Shown here one piece after another: positions 13,988-25,152 of a stretch of 64,000 nucleotides of DNA (position 1 is its first letter; each line of letters begins with the position of its first letter). The DNA is taken from assembly GCF_054482595.1 (NCBI RefSeq), contig NZ_CM137008.1; one strand, given 5' to 3'. Below the pieces are notes generated by a model. That model saw only the letters and a list, made by a program, of their open reading frames with translations, was not told the DNA's origin and did no database searches. A program made the translations under genes and the position numbers.

Positions 13988-14075
13988 GGTGAGGTGTCCG
14001 AGTGGCTGAAGGAGCACGCCTGGAAAGTGTGTATACGGCAACGTATCGGGGGTTCGAATCCCCCCCTCACCGCCA
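13988..14075 (+). tRNA. serW: tRNA-Ser (anticodon GGA)
   Basis: GGTGAGGTGTCCGAGTGGCTGAAGGAGCACGCCTGGAAAGTGTG...GGTTCGAATCCCCCCCTCACCGCCA: class II tRNA with long variable arm, GGA anticodon, 3' CCA encoded. Confidence 0.95.
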
Positions 14076-14084
14076 TATTTAAAG

Positions 14085-14117
14085 AAGAGCTCGTACGAAA
14101 GTGCGAGCTTTTTTTTT
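14085..14117 (+). terminator. Rho-independent terminator after serW
   Basis: gagctcgtacgaaagtgcgagc hairpin followed by nine T. Confidence 0.75.
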
Positions 14118-14119
14118 CG

Positions 14120-14268
14120 CATTTTATCTGCCTGTACGGCAGTGAACATGGTGGGCGGGTGGAGTATGTTACCAGTGAATTTCTAAGCTGCCTGTACGGC
14201 AGTGAACGTTCGCTGCAACCGCTAGCCAAGACGGTAGGTTTTTCTAAGCTGCCTGTACGGCAGTGAAC
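14120..14268 (-). CRISPR. Orphan type I-F CRISPR array remnant (3 repeats, 2 spacers of 32-33 bp); no cas genes nearby
   Basis: Three copies of tttctaagctgcctgtacggcagtgaac (reverse complement of the I-F repeat GTTCACTGCCGTACAGGCAGCTTAGAAA) at about 14120-14147 (degenerate 5' part), 14180-14207 and 14241-14268, separated by unique spacers; sits between serW and clpA where the E. coli I-F locus is known to reside. Confidence 0.9.
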
Positions 14269-14420
14269 TCAAATACTACACGTTTAGCCCGTTGTTAATA
14301 AAGCAAAACCATCCCATTCTCCTGCAGCACCCTTTTTTATCCTTACCTTCCAGCAGCACTAATTATCAACAACTTACCTTCACCTCCAAAAATAGGGTTT
14401 TCACCGTTCCACCCCATAAA

Positions 14421-14454
14421 TAAAAAGTCCGTAACCCCTGACGAGATTACGGAC
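14421..14454 (-). terminator. Rho-independent terminator of clpA
   Basis: On the minus strand, hairpin gtccgtaatctcgtcaggggttacggac followed by a T-run, immediately 3' of the clpA stop. Confidence 0.7.
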
Positions 14455-14479
14455 TTCACCAACCTACCTGACAATCAGA

Positions 14480-16756
14480 TTAATGCGCTGCTTCCGCCTT
14501 GTGCTTTTGTGCACTCTGGAATCCGTAAGTCAGCTCATTTTTCTCTTTATCCAGCGCGACGGTGACCTGACCGCCGTCCACCAGCGAACCAAACAGCAGT
14601 TCGTTGGCAAGCGGTTTTTTCAGGTTGTCCTGGATGACACGCGCCATCGGACGTGCGCCCATTGCCCGGTCGTAACCTTTCTCGGCCAGCCAGTTACGCG
14701 CTTCCTGGCTCACTTCCAGAGAAACACCTTTCTGATCCAGCTGAACCTGCAACTCGACGATGAATTTATCCACCACCTGATGGATCACGTCAGTTGACAG
14801 ATGATCGAACCAGATAATGTTGTCGAGACGGTTACGGAATTCCGGTGTAAAGATCTTCTTGATCTCTTCCATCGCATCGGTGCTGTTATCCTGGTGGATA
14901 AGACCAATGGATTTGCGCTCAGTTTCCCGTACCCCGGCGTTAGTGGTCATCACCAGCACCACGTTACGGAAGTCCGCTTTGCGTCCGTTGTTATCGGTCA
15001 GCGTACCGTTGTCCATCACCTGCAACAGAATATTGAACACGTCTGGATGCGCTTTCTCGATTTCGTCCAGCAGCAGCACCGCATGTGGATGCTTGATTAC
15101 CGCATCGGTCAGCAAACCGCCCTGATCAAAACCAACGTATCCCGGAGGCGCACCAATCAGACGGCTGACGGTATGGCGTTCCATATACTCGGACATATCA
15201 AAGCGCAGAAGCTCAATGCCCAACGCTTTCGAAAGCTGTACCGTCACCTCTGTTTTCCCGACCCCGGTAGGACCGGCAAACAGGAACGAACCGACCGGTT
15301 TATGTTCGTGACCTAAACCTGCACGCGCCATCTTAATGGCTTCAGTCAGCGCCTCAATGGCTTTATCCTGACCGAAGACCAGCATTTTCAGGCGATCGCC
15401 GAGGTTTTTCAGGGTATCACGATCACTCTGAGAAACACTCTTCTCTGGAATGCGTGCAATACGGGCCACCACGGACTCAATATCCGCCACATTAACGGTT
15501 TTCTTGCGTTTGCTTACCGGCATCAGGCGTGCGCGAGCGCCCGCTTCGTCGATAACATCAATCGCTTTATCCGGCAGATGACGATCGTTAATGTATTTCA
15601 CCGCCAGCTCTACCGCCGCACGCACCGCTTTTGCGGTATAACGCACGTCGTGGTGCGCTTCATACTTCGGTTTCAGGCCATTGATGATTTGAACAGTTTC
15701 TTCGATCGACGGTTCAGTAATATCAATTTTCTGGAAGCGACGCGCCAGAGCACGGTCTTTCTCGAAAATGTTGCTGAACTCCTGATAGGTTGTCGAACCA
15801 ATTACGCGAATTTTACCGCTGGAGAGCAACGGTTTGATTAGGTTAGCCGCATCGACCTGACCACCAGACGCTGCACCCGCACCGATAATGGTGTGGATCT
15901 CATCAATAAACAGGATGCTGTTAGTGTCCTGCTCCAGCTGCTTGAGCAACGCTTTAAAACGTTTTTCAAAGTCGCCGCGATATTTTGTGCCCGCTAACAG
16001 AGAACCGATATCGAGAGAGTAAATCGTACAGTCAGCCATCACTTCCGGCACATCACCCTGAACAATTCGCCAGGCAAGACCTTCCGCAATCGCAGTTTTA
16101 CCAACACCAGATTCCCCCACCAGCAGCGGGTTGTTTTTACGGCGACGGCAGAGAACCTGAATAGCACGCTCAAGCTCCTTCTCACGACCAATCAGTGGGT
16201 CGATTCCGCCCACACGCGCAAGCTGATTCAGGTTCGTCGTGAAATTCTCCATACGTTCCTCCCCACCAGCTTGTTCTTCGCTGTTTGGCTGGCTGCCAGG
16301 ATCAGAAGACTGTGTCGGCTCGTCTTTACGCGTGCCATGAGAGATAAAGTTCACCACATCGAGACGGCTGACTTCATGTTTACGCAACAGATATGCCGCC
16401 TGCGACTCCTGTTCGCTAAAGATAGCGACCAGAACGTTTGCACCGGTAACCTCATTGCGACCGGAGGACTGGACATGGAAGACCGCACGTTGCAGTACAC
16501 GCTGAAAACTCAGCGTCGGCTGTGTGTCGCGCTCCTCTTCACTGGCAGGCAGAACGGGTGTGGTTTGTTCAATAAAGGCTTCCAGTTCCTGACGGAGCGC
16601 AACCAAATCCACAGAACACGCTTCCAGCGCCTCCCGGGCAGATGGGTTACTGAGCAGCGCCAGTAACAAGTGCTCGACGGTCATAAACTCATGACGGTGC
16701 TCGCGCGCTCTGGCGAAAGCCATATTTAAACTGAGTTCCAGTTCTTGATTGAGCAT
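14480..16756 (-). CDS. clpA: ATP-dependent Clp protease ATP-binding subunit ClpA
   Basis: [24 protein letters not shown]... with two AAA+ modules ([16 protein letters not shown]); ORF-track start trimmed by 5 codons. Confidence 0.96.
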   Translation of the reverse strand: MLNQELELSLNMAFARAREHRHEFMTVEHLLLALLSNPSAREALEACSVDLVALRQELEAFIEQTTPVLPASEEERDTQPTLSFQRVLQRAVFHVQSSGRNEVTGANVLVAIFSEQESQAAYLLRKHEVSRLDVVNFISHGTRKDEPTQSSDPGSQPNSEEQAGGEERMENFTTNLNQLARVGGIDPLIGREKELERAIQVLCRRRKNNPLLVGESGVGKTAIAEGLAWRIVQGDVPEVMADCTIYSLDIGSLLAGTKYRGDFEKRFKALLKQLEQDTNSILFIDEIHTIIGAGAASGGQVDAANLIKPLLSSGKIRVIGSTTYQEFSNIFEKDRALARRFQKIDITEPSIEETVQIINGLKPKYEAHHDVRYTAKAVRAAVELAVKYINDRHLPDKAIDVIDEAGARARLMPVSKRKKTVNVADIESVVARIARIPEKSVSQSDRDTLKNLGDRLKMLVFGQDKAIEALTEAIKMARAGLGHEHKPVGSFLFAGPTGVGKTEVTVQLSKALGIELLRFDMSEYMERHTVSRLIGAPPGYVGFDQGGLLTDAVIKHPHAVLLLDEIEKAHPDVFNILLQVMDNGTLTDNNGRKADFRNVVLVMTTNAGVRETERKSIGLIHQDNSTDAMEEIKKIFTPEFRNRLDNIIWFDHLSTDVIHQVVDKFIVELQVQLDQKGVSLEVSQEARNWLAEKGYDRAMGARPMARVIQDNLKKPLANELLFGSLVDGGQVTVALDKEKNELTYGFQSAQKHKAEAAH

Positions 16757-16786
16757 AGGCACCTCCCCCAATTTTTATGCCTGCAT

Positions 16787-17107
16787 TCAGGCTTTTTCTA
16801 GCGTACACAGCAATGGATGCTCATTCTCCCTCGCGTACTTGTTCACCATCGCCACTTTGGTTTCTGCAACCTCGGCGGTAAAGACTCCGCAAATGGCCTT
16901 CCCCTGGTAGTGAACAGCGAGCATCAATTGCGTTGCACGTTCTACATCATAAGAAAAGAATTTTTGTAACACGTCAATAACAAACTCCATCGGAGTGTAA
17001 TCATCATTGACTAATATCACTTTATACATAGATGGCGGTTTTAGCGCGTCGCGAACTTTTTCTTCCGCCAGTTGATCAAAGTCCAGCCAGTCGTTCGTTT
17101 TACCCAT
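16787..17107 (-). CDS. clpS: ClpA adaptor protein ClpS
   Basis: 106-aa [46 protein letters not shown]...; directly upstream of clpA. Confidence 0.96.
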
Positions 17108-17429
17108 TGTCAGTTATCATCTTCGGTTACGGTTATCGGCAGAACGCCCTGCCGCTGACAAGAGCTTATTTGCCTGACCAATCTACTCCACATGATAGAT
17201 AACTATCATCTATCGTTGGCATCAGCGACATCTGTCACATTCCTGTCAATAGCGTTAACTGCTTCAAATTTTTGATTCATACCTGCCCCTTGTCCCCTGT
17301 CAAATGCTTGACGGCTCGCCCTAATTCTCTAAATTGTATTTCTAGAGTTGGCGAGGTTTTGAACAGCCCCCTCTCTGACCCCGGTTTATTCCATCTTACT
17401 TGTATAAGATTTGCGAAGGATGTCGAAGC

Positions 17430-17654
17430 ATGGAAAAGGGTACTGTTAAGTGGTTCAACAATGCCAAAGGGTTTGGTTTCATCTGCCCTGAAGGCGGCGG
17501 CGAAGATATTTTCGCTCATTATTCCACCATTCAGATGGATGGTTACAGAACGCTAAAAGCTGGACAATCCGTTCAGTTTGATGTCCACCAGGGGCCAAAA
17601 GGCAATCACGCCAGTGTTATTGTGCCCGTCGAAGTAGAAGCGGCAGTCGCATAG
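17430..17654 (+). CDS. cspD: Cold-shock-domain protein CspD (74 aa)
   Basis: MEKGTVKWFNNAKGFGFICPEGGGEDIFAHYSTIQMDGYRTLKAGQSVQFDV...; RNP motifs of the CSD family. Confidence 0.95.
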   Translation: MEKGTVKWFNNAKGFGFICPEGGGEDIFAHYSTIQMDGYRTLKAGQSVQFDVHQGPKGNHASVIVPVEVEAAVA

Positions 17655-17726
17655 CTCTTCTGTCTCATTGTGTACATCCTAAAGGCAAAATGCCAGCCCG
17701 ATCGGCTGGCATTTTTATCTCAAAAA

Positions 17727-19673
17727 TTACTCTCGTGCCAGAGCATCTACTGGATCCAGTCGTGCCGCATTTCGTGCGGGTAACCAGCCAAATAAAATCC
17801 CGGTGGCCGTCGAGCAGAGAAACGCCAGCAGCAGTGCCAACGGTGAAAAACCAATCTCCCAACCGGGTAAGAAAAGCTGCAAGGTGAAAGCAATTAACAG
17901 TGACAGTGTTATTCCCAACGCGCCACCGACCAGGCAAACCAGTACGGCTTCGATCAGGAACTGTTGCAAAACATCGCTTGCTCGCGCACCTACAGCCATG
18001 CGAATGCCAATTTCCCGCGTCCGCTCGGTCACTGACACCAGCATAATATTCATTACACCAATACCGCCCACCACCAGCGAAATCACCGCCACCAGCGTCA
18101 GAAACAGTTGTAAAGTACGTGTGGTCTTTTCAACGGTTTTCAAGACGCCGTCCATGTTCCAGGTAAAGAAATCCTTCTTACCGTGGCGCAGTGAAAGTAA
18201 ACGCGTGAGTTGCTGTTCCGCCTCGGCGCTGTCAAATCCTTCTTTCACCCTGACAGTAATGGAGTTCAGCCACGACTGGCCCATAACTCGCCCGGACATC
18301 GTGCTGTAAGGTAGCCAGACACGCAGCACTTTACTGCTACCAAACATCGACTGTTTTTCTTCCGCCACACCAATGACTCTGGCGGGCATATTGCCGACCA
18401 GAATCACCTCGCCAACCACATCTGCTTTATGGGGGAAAAGCTGGCGGCGAGTATTACTGTCGAGAACCACGACCTGCGCACGACCGTTCAGCTGTTCCTG
18501 GTTAAAGGTGTTTCCTTCACTGAAGGTCATGCCATAGACATTAAAATAATCGCCGCTCACGCCATTGGCACTGGCAGCAACATCAACATTATTGTAACGC
18601 AGGCGCAGGTTTTGCGAGACGGCAGGTGTGGCTGAAGCGACCCACGGTTGTTTTTGGATGGCGATTAAGTCGTCGTACTTCAGCGCCTGCTGATATTGCG
18701 GATCGTCATCGCCAAAATCTTTCCCGGGGTAGACGTCAATAGTATTCGTACCAATAGAACGAATATCCGCCAGCACCATTTGTTTGGCGGCGTCACCTAC
18801 TACGACAATGGAAACCACCGACGCAATACCGATAATAATCCCCAGCATGGTCAGTAAAGTACGCATTTTATTCGCTGCCAGCGCCCGCCATGCCATCGTC
18901 AGCGCCTCGTTAAAACCGCTGGCAAACTGACGCCAGCCAGACGCCATGTTGACAACAGGTACCGTCCCGCCAGCAACATTCACTTTTTCAATGGCGGGAG
19001 GATTGCGCACAATTTCGCCGTCGCGAATTTCGATCACCCGCTCGGCCTGAGCAGCGACCTGCGGATCGTGGGTGACGATAATCACTGTATGCCCGCGGTC
19101 GCGCAGCTGATGCAGGATCGCCATCACCTCTTCGCCAGAATGGCTGTCCAGTGCGCCGGTCGGTTCATCGGCAAGAATTACCTGACCGCCGTTCATCAAT
19201 GCCCGCGCGATGCTGACGCGCTGTTGCTGACCACCCGAAAGCTGTGCCGGATAATACTCTGTACGGTCTTCCAGCCCCAGTCGTTGCAGCAACTCCTGGG
19301 CGCGAAGCAACCGCTGTTTCCGCTCAAGACCAGCATAGACGGCGGGTACTTCAACGTTCTGCTCGGCGGTTAAATGCGAAAGCAAATGGTAACGCTGGAA
19401 AATAAAGCCGAAATGCTCGCGGCGCAGTTGCGCCAGCGCATCGGCGTCCAGCGTGGCAACATCCTGACCGGCGACGCGATAGGTGCCGCTGGTGGCCTTA
19501 TCCAGACAGCCGAGAATATTCATCAGGGTCGATTTACCGGAACCCGAAGCGCCAACAATCGCCACCATCTCACCAGCATAAATATCGAGGGTGATGCCCT
19601 TCAACACCTCAACCTGCTCATCACCGGCAGGATAGCTGCGACGAATATCCTTTAATTCGAGCAAAGGCGTCAT
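17727..19673 (-). CDS. macB: Macrolide/peptide ABC exporter MacB (ATPase plus permease)
   Basis: 648-aa ORF, N-terminal NBD ([19 protein letters not shown]) fused to FtsX-like permease; overlaps macA stop by 4 bp. Confidence 0.95.
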   Translation of the reverse strand: MTPLLELKDIRRSYPAGDEQVEVLKGITLDIYAGEMVAIVGASGSGKSTLMNILGCLDKATSGTYRVAGQDVATLDADALAQLRREHFGFIFQRYHLLSHLTAEQNVEVPAVYAGLERKQRLLRAQELLQRLGLEDRTEYYPAQLSGGQQQRVSIARALMNGGQVILADEPTGALDSHSGEEVMAILHQLRDRGHTVIIVTHDPQVAAQAERVIEIRDGEIVRNPPAIEKVNVAGGTVPVVNMASGWRQFASGFNEALTMAWRALAANKMRTLLTMLGIIIGIASVVSIVVVGDAAKQMVLADIRSIGTNTIDVYPGKDFGDDDPQYQQALKYDDLIAIQKQPWVASATPAVSQNLRLRYNNVDVAASANGVSGDYFNVYGMTFSEGNTFNQEQLNGRAQVVVLDSNTRRQLFPHKADVVGEVILVGNMPARVIGVAEEKQSMFGSSKVLRVWLPYSTMSGRVMGQSWLNSITVRVKEGFDSAEAEQQLTRLLSLRHGKKDFFTWNMDGVLKTVEKTTRTLQLFLTLVAVISLVVGGIGVMNIMLVSVTERTREIGIRMAVGARASDVLQQFLIEAVLVCLVGGALGITLSLLIAFTLQLFLPGWEIGFSPLALLLAFLCSTATGILFGWLPARNAARLDPVDALARE

Positions 19674-20785
19674 TGTGCAGCTCCTGGTTTGGCCTCACCA
19701 ATCACCACTTCATCGCCCGCTTCCAGCCCTTTGACAATCTCAACATCGGTATCGTTACGTGCGCCAATCGTCACTTCACGCTCGCGTGTTTCACCATTAC
19801 GCAACAATTTGACTTTATAACGATTATCGCCAACCGGATCGCCTAACGCCGACAGAGGGATCGTCAGCACATTTTTCACATCGGTGAGCTGAATATGCAC
19901 TTGCGCAGTCATATCCAGCCGCAGTAAACCATTGGGGTTGGGGACTTCAAAACGGGCGTAATAGAAAATAGCGTCGTTAACCTTTTCCGGCGTCGGTAGT
20001 ACATCCTTGATTTGCCCCTCGTAGCGCGTCAGTGGATCGCCAAGTACCGTAAACCAGGCTTTTTGCCCCGGCTTCAGGTGGATTACATCCGCTTCAGAAA
20101 CCTGCGCTTTTACCAGCATGGTGCTCATATCTGCCAGCGTCAGAATGTTCGGTGCTTGTTGTGCGGCAATCACCGTCTGGCCTTGCAGAGTGGTGATTTG
20201 CGTGACTTCCCCGGCCATCGGGGCAACGATGCGAGTGTAATCGAGATTGGTTTTAGCCGTATCGAGAGAAGCCTGATTGCGCTTGATTTGCGCGTCAATG
20301 GTGCCAATTTGCGCCTGTTTCACAGCCATCTCCGTCGCGGCGGTGTCGAGATCCTGCTGTGAAACCGCCTGCGTTTGTGCCAGACGTTGCTGACGGGAAT
20401 ACGTCACCCGCGCCAGTTTCAGCTCCGCTTCCGCCTGCTGCCGCTGCGCGCGTAGCTCCATCAGCGTTGCTTCGACCTCCTTGATCTGGTTTTCAGCCTG
20501 TTCAGGATCAATGACCCCTAAAAGCTGGTCTTTTTTTACTTTATCGCCAATCGCCACCGACAGTGTTTTCAACTGACCGCTGACCTGCGCGCCCACATCA
20601 ACCTTACGCAGCGCGTCCAGCTTTCCGGTCGCCAGCACGCTTTGCTGTAAATCACCGGGGCGCACAATCAGTGTCTGATAAGTCGGCACGGGTGCGTTAA
20701 GAATTCTCCATAACGTAATCAGTCCGGCGATGGCTATCACCAGCGCAATAACGTAACGCTTCTTCACGGTTTTCCGCTTTTTCAT
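19670..20785 (-). CDS. macA: Membrane fusion protein MacA
   Basis: ORF matches MacA ([26 protein letters not shown]...); start trimmed from the ORF-track extension. Confidence 0.93.
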   Translation of the reverse strand: MKKRKTVKKRYVIALVIAIAGLITLWRILNAPVPTYQTLIVRPGDLQQSVLATGKLDALRKVDVGAQVSGQLKTLSVAIGDKVKKDQLLGVIDPEQAENQIKEVEATLMELRAQRQQAEAELKLARVTYSRQQRLAQTQAVSQQDLDTAATEMAVKQAQIGTIDAQIKRNQASLDTAKTNLDYTRIVAPMAGEVTQITTLQGQTVIAAQQAPNILTLADMSTMLVKAQVSEADVIHLKPGQKAWFTVLGDPLTRYEGQIKDVLPTPEKVNDAIFYYARFEVPNPNGLLRLDMTAQVHIQLTDVKNVLTIPLSALGDPVGDNRYKVKLLRNGETREREVTIGARNDTDVEIVKGLEAGDEVVIGEAKPGAAQ

Positions 20786-20899
20786 AAATATTCTGAATAC
20801 TCCATATGCCAATCCGGGTCATTAACTTCAACGAAATATCAACAAAACCCTAAAATTTACGTTAGTAATCACACTATTGATGTTTGGTTAAGATACGCA

Positions 20900-21892
20900 A
20901 TGGTGAAATCGACGTCATGTATAACCATTGATTTCATGAATATGTCGCAGCTAACTGAACGGACCTTTACGCCATCTGAATCTCTCAGCAGCCTGTCACT
21001 TTTTCTTAGTCTGGCACGTGGACAGTGTCGGCCGGGTAAATTCTGGCATCGCCGTAGTTTTCGCCAGAAATTTTTGCTGCGCTCGTTGATTATGCCGCGT
21101 TTAAGCGTTGAGTGGATGAACGAACTTTCCCACTGGCCTAATCTCAATGTATTGTTAACGCGCCAGCCGCGACTGCCTGTACGTCTGCATCGCCCTTACC
21201 TTGCGGCGAATCTTAGCCGTAAGCAATTGCTGGAGGCGTTACGTTACCATTATGCGTTACTCCGCGGGTGTATGTCGGCGGAAGAATTCAGCTTATATTT
21301 GAATACCCCCGGGCTGCAACTGGCGAAGCTGGAAGGCAAAAACGGCGAGCAGTTCACGCTTGAGCTGACCATGATGATCTCAATGGATAAAGAAGGTGAC
21401 AGCACAATCCTGTTCCGCAACAGCGAAGGTATTCCTCTGGCAGAGATCACGTTTACCCTGTGTGAATATCAGGGGAAAAGAACGATGTTTATTGGCGGAC
21501 TGCAAGGCGCAAAATGGGAAATCCCACATCAGGAAATCCAGAATGCGACGAAAGCCTGCCACGGGCTATTTCCCAAACGCCTCGTGATGGAAGCGGCCTG
21601 TCTGTTTGCCCAACGTTTGCAGGTAGAGCAGATTATTGCCGTCAGCAATGAAACGCATATTTACCGCAGCCTGCGTTATCGCGATAAAGAAGGCAAGATC
21701 CATGCCGATTACAACGCTTTCTGGGAATCGGTTGGCGGCGTATGTGATGCTGAACGCCATTACCGCCTTCCAGCACAGATAGCACGAAAAGAGATTGCCG
21801 AAATCGCCAGTAAAAAACGGGCTGAATACCGTCGGCGCTATGAGATGCTCGACGCTATTCAGCCACAAATGGCCACGATGTTTCGCGGTTAA
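20900..21892 (+). CDS. ybjX: VirK/YbjX family protein (DUF535)
   Basis: 330-aa ORF at the conserved ybjX position, divergent from macAB; exact start uncertain (alternative ATG at 20942). Confidence 0.85.
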   Translation: MVKSTSCITIDFMNMSQLTERTFTPSESLSSLSLFLSLARGQCRPGKFWHRRSFRQKFLLRSLIMPRLSVEWMNELSHWPNLNVLLTRQPRLPVRLHRPYLAANLSRKQLLEALRYHYALLRGCMSAEEFSLYLNTPGLQLAKLEGKNGEQFTLELTMMISMDKEGDSTILFRNSEGIPLAEITFTLCEYQGKRTMFIGGLQGAKWEIPHQEIQNATKACHGLFPKRLVMEAACLFAQRLQVEQIIAVSNETHIYRSLRYRDKEGKIHADYNAFWESVGGVCDAERHYRLPAQIARKEIAEIASKKRAEYRRRYEMLDAIQPQMATMFRG

Positions 21893-23547
21893 TCCGCGCG
21901 ACCGCGCGCCAGCCACAGCACGCGTGAGAACATTTTTTTCAGCAGCGTCGGTACGGAGTCCACACCACGACGTCCGGCCTCCATTGCCACTTCAATGGCA
22001 AGATCGGGTTTGGAAGAGCGATGGATCGCTTTCGAGATAATTTTGCGCAGATTCATCGGTACATTTTCCGGGATTTGCGCCACGCGGTGGAACACATCGG
22101 AAAATCCCTGGCGATACATAAAATGTTCCATATCCAGCGCCGGTAACGCCGTTAAATGTTCTCGTTCGGCTTCCCGATCATTATTCAACAGGCTGCGTAC
22201 CGTAGCGGCATATTTCTTCCCTGCTTCATCGCCATCGACCAGCACATGCCATTCAATCCCCATTCGGCGGGCAAATTTAACCAGTGGCTTTAGCCCGGAC
22301 TGGGCAAACTCAATGACCTTGATCCCTTCGGCATCAAAATGATGTCCGCACTGACACGCCAGTTCATTGATAACCCAGGTTTCCGTTTCCCCTTCCACCA
22401 GCAACCAGCAGCGAGCAAACAGCGATGACGGACGATTAAAACGAATGTGAAAAGAGATGCGGCGGCTGTCTTCGGTGCTCAAGCCACTTGGCCCCAGACG
22501 CCAGGCGGCAACACGAGAAGATTCACGCACCAGGCGGCAAACATGTTCCACTGGAGTTAACGAAAGCAGCTCGCCAGAGTTGGTGGTAGCAATACGTTGT
22601 AAAGGCAAAAGATTCAACAGATGCCAGGCAACTGAAAGCATAATGGGGTGTAAACGCGTTTCTGGATCTTCGATCAGCAACAATGGACGGGCGTCTTTAT
22701 CCAGTCGCAATGTGCCTTTTGCCTGCAATAAAGTAGCAAACAGGCCGAGCAAAATAACCCGATACGAGCGCCCTCCAGGTCGGTCAATCATCCGGTTGAT
22801 GATGTCCAGATAGCGCCAGCTTCGTTGCTCATTGCTGGCCCGCCGCCGCATTAAACGATATCGCGCCTGTCCAGCCCCCTGCTCAGAGAAATAATGCTCA
22901 AGCAGCTGCACCATTGCGGAAAGTCCCTGACGAATCTGTCCATCAGAGAGATTTTGCGGATGTGAGGACAACTCACGGGCGAGGAAATCGAGCTGGCGCG
23001 CGGTGACTTCCACATTGGGGACATTTGGCACCGTGCCGTTACGAATACGGCGCATAAAACGGGCATCACGCAAGCGCAGCACCGGCATTAAACGCACCAG
23101 ATGGCGTGCCTGATCGTTAATATCCTCAACATCAATCGGATGTCCGTCTTTATCGAGAAAACTGCGCAGTGTCATCACGCTGCCGTCTTCCGCACTCTCC
23201 CCTTCCAGACGATAAAAAATACGGTGATAGCCATCGGCGCATGGCGTCCAGCACGCTTCCAGCGGCCGATAACGGCGAACCCGATGTCGGCCTGGCAGCG
23301 ATTCGCGGAAGGTCAAAATAATATGCAGATGATGTTCTCGCCCGTTGATATCTCCCGGCGGGAACCAGAAATCGTCGCGCTCAAAATGGTAGAGATCTGA
23401 TTCTGGCGATAGCAGCAGGGTTAAGGCGTCCAGCAAGCTGGATTTACCCCACGCGTTCTCCCCAATCAGGACGTTGTTTTGTTCCAGCATCAACGACAAA
23501 CGGTTGATACCGCGAAAACCCACAATTTCAACGCGCTCAAGAATCAT
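21889..23547 (-). CDS. ybjD: OLD-family ATP-dependent endonuclease-like protein (AAA ATPase plus Toprim)
   Basis: 552-aa ORF, N-terminal Walker A (GENAWGKSSLLDAL), matches YbjD; convergent 4-bp overlap with ybjX. Confidence 0.92.
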   Translation of the reverse strand: MILERVEIVGFRGINRLSLMLEQNNVLIGENAWGKSSLLDALTLLLSPESDLYHFERDDFWFPPGDINGREHHLHIILTFRESLPGRHRVRRYRPLEACWTPCADGYHRIFYRLEGESAEDGSVMTLRSFLDKDGHPIDVEDINDQARHLVRLMPVLRLRDARFMRRIRNGTVPNVPNVEVTARQLDFLARELSSHPQNLSDGQIRQGLSAMVQLLEHYFSEQGAGQARYRLMRRRASNEQRSWRYLDIINRMIDRPGGRSYRVILLGLFATLLQAKGTLRLDKDARPLLLIEDPETRLHPIMLSVAWHLLNLLPLQRIATTNSGELLSLTPVEHVCRLVRESSRVAAWRLGPSGLSTEDSRRISFHIRFNRPSSLFARCWLLVEGETETWVINELACQCGHHFDAEGIKVIEFAQSGLKPLVKFARRMGIEWHVLVDGDEAGKKYAATVRSLLNNDREAEREHLTALPALDMEHFMYRQGFSDVFHRVAQIPENVPMNLRKIISKAIHRSSKPDLAIEVAMEAGRRGVDSVPTLLKKMFSRVLWLARGRAD

Positions 23548-23972
23548 ATCCCCTCCAGAAATATGTGACTTATCCTTTACGCTGGCAGTATAACGGGAAA
23601 GGCCTTGCTAATACGTGATGACATCACATTTAAGCATGGCAAATGTCTGAAAAATGAGCGAATAATCGCGTTATACTCCCTCTTGCTGATAAGTCTGCAA
23701 AAACAACAAAATCAAATAATTAGCATGATAAATTATTTTTTATTACGCCTAAAGGATTAAATCTTTTGCTTGCACTACACTGTCAATCAGACAAATGACT
23801 ATATGGGGCAACCCGCTGTTGCCCTAAATCAAATTTACTGGATTTATTTATCTGGTGAATGACTCGCCTTCGTTTTTAAAATAGCCGCGCATTATTTCCG
23901 TCGTCACTTTTTTACGACGACCCTATAAAACGACCATATTTTTCACAGGGTCAATTTTTAATTGAGGTGGAT

Positions 23973-24668
23973 ATGTTCAGAAAATTAGCAGCTGAATGTT
24001 TTGGTACTTTCTGGCTTGTTTTTGGTGGCTGTGGTAGTGCTGTACTGGCCGCAGGCTTCCCGGAATTAGGCATTGGTTTTGCCGGCGTGGCGCTGGCATT
24101 CGGTTTGACCGTTCTGACGATGGCCTTCGCTGTTGGTCATATTTCTGGTGGTCATTTTAACCCGGCGGTCACTATTGGTTTATGGGCTGGCGGACGTTTT
24201 CCGGCAAAAGAAGTCGTTGGCTACGTAATTGCCCAGGTTGTCGGCGGTATTGTTGCAGCGGCGCTGCTGTATTTAATTGCCAGTGGTAAAACGGGTTTTG
24301 ACGCGGCAGCCAGCGGTTTTGCTTCTAACGGTTATGGCGAGCATTCACCAGGCGGTTATTCCATGCTTTCCGCGCTGGTAGTTGAACTGGTATTGAGTGC
24401 AGGTTTCCTGTTGGTGATCCACGGCGCAACCGACAAATTCGCTCCGGCAGGTTTTGCGCCGATCGCTATTGGTCTGGCCTTAACCCTGATTCACTTAATC
24501 AGTATTCCGGTGACTAACACTTCTGTTAACCCGGCGCGCAGCACCGCGGTTGCCATCTTCCAGGGCGGCTGGGCATTAGAACAACTGTGGTTCTTCTGGG
24601 TGGTGCCAATTGTCGGCGGCATTATCGGTGGTCTGATTTACCGGACCCTGCTGGAAAAACGTAATTAA
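23973..24668 (+). CDS. aqpZ: Aquaporin Z
   Basis: [27 protein letters not shown]..., two NPA motifs (HFNPAVT, NPARS); ORF-track start 23967 is an upstream GTG. Confidence 0.96.
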   Translation: MFRKLAAECFGTFWLVFGGCGSAVLAAGFPELGIGFAGVALAFGLTVLTMAFAVGHISGGHFNPAVTIGLWAGGRFPAKEVVGYVIAQVVGGIVAAALLYLIASGKTGFDAAASGFASNGYGEHSPGGYSMLSALVVELVLSAGFLLVIHGATDKFAPAGFAPIAIGLALTLIHLISIPVTNTSVNPARSTAVAIFQGGWALEQLWFFWVVPIVGGIIGGLIYRTLLEKRN

Positions 24669-24677
24669 TTAACGCAG

Positions 24678-24706
24678 AAGGCCTGGCGCAATGTCAGGCC
24701 TTTTTT
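24678..24706 (+). terminator. Rho-independent terminator after aqpZ
   Basis: ggcctggcgcaatgtcaggcc hairpin followed by tttttt. Confidence 0.75.
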
Positions 24707-25152
24707 AAATATATTGATTCATCTTCCTGTTGCGCTCCTTGATGTGTTAAGCCACATATAGTCACTGGCGCAGGGAGCGCGCAGGGGGCGGCCAATCGCC
24801 GCCGCCCCCTGCACCCCCGGGCTCTGGCGAACAAAATCGCCGCTGCGCGGTACCCTCAGCTTATCCCTTGCGGCTACCGGGTCGGGCGCGAGGTAACATC
24901 CCTGTAAAACGCGCCCTCAGCCCACATCCATGTGGGCTGCCCCGGCCTTCAGGGAACGCCTCGGCGATTTTGACGCCACCAACACCGGTGCGGTTTGTAA
25001 TTAAAGAGCAAGAATATCTTTAAATGAAAATGAATACCCTACCGATCCTTATGCATAACATTTCCTTTTAATTGCAACTTTACTCGTCCTTCCGCTTTCA
25101 GTAGTGTGTCATCGCGCATTTCGACTTCTTTCTTTGCAAGGGCTGGGTTTTC

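Noticed and set aside
14801-16666. Several 100-170-aa plus-strand ORFs opposite clpA
   Set aside because: Antisense to the strongly supported clpA CDS; no independent evidence.
24781-24812. Possibility that the GC-rich hairpins after aqpZ are a second CRISPR-like or REP array
   Set aside because: No regularly spaced direct repeats and sequence unlike the REP consensus seen elsewhere in the window; retained only as a low-confidence structured element.
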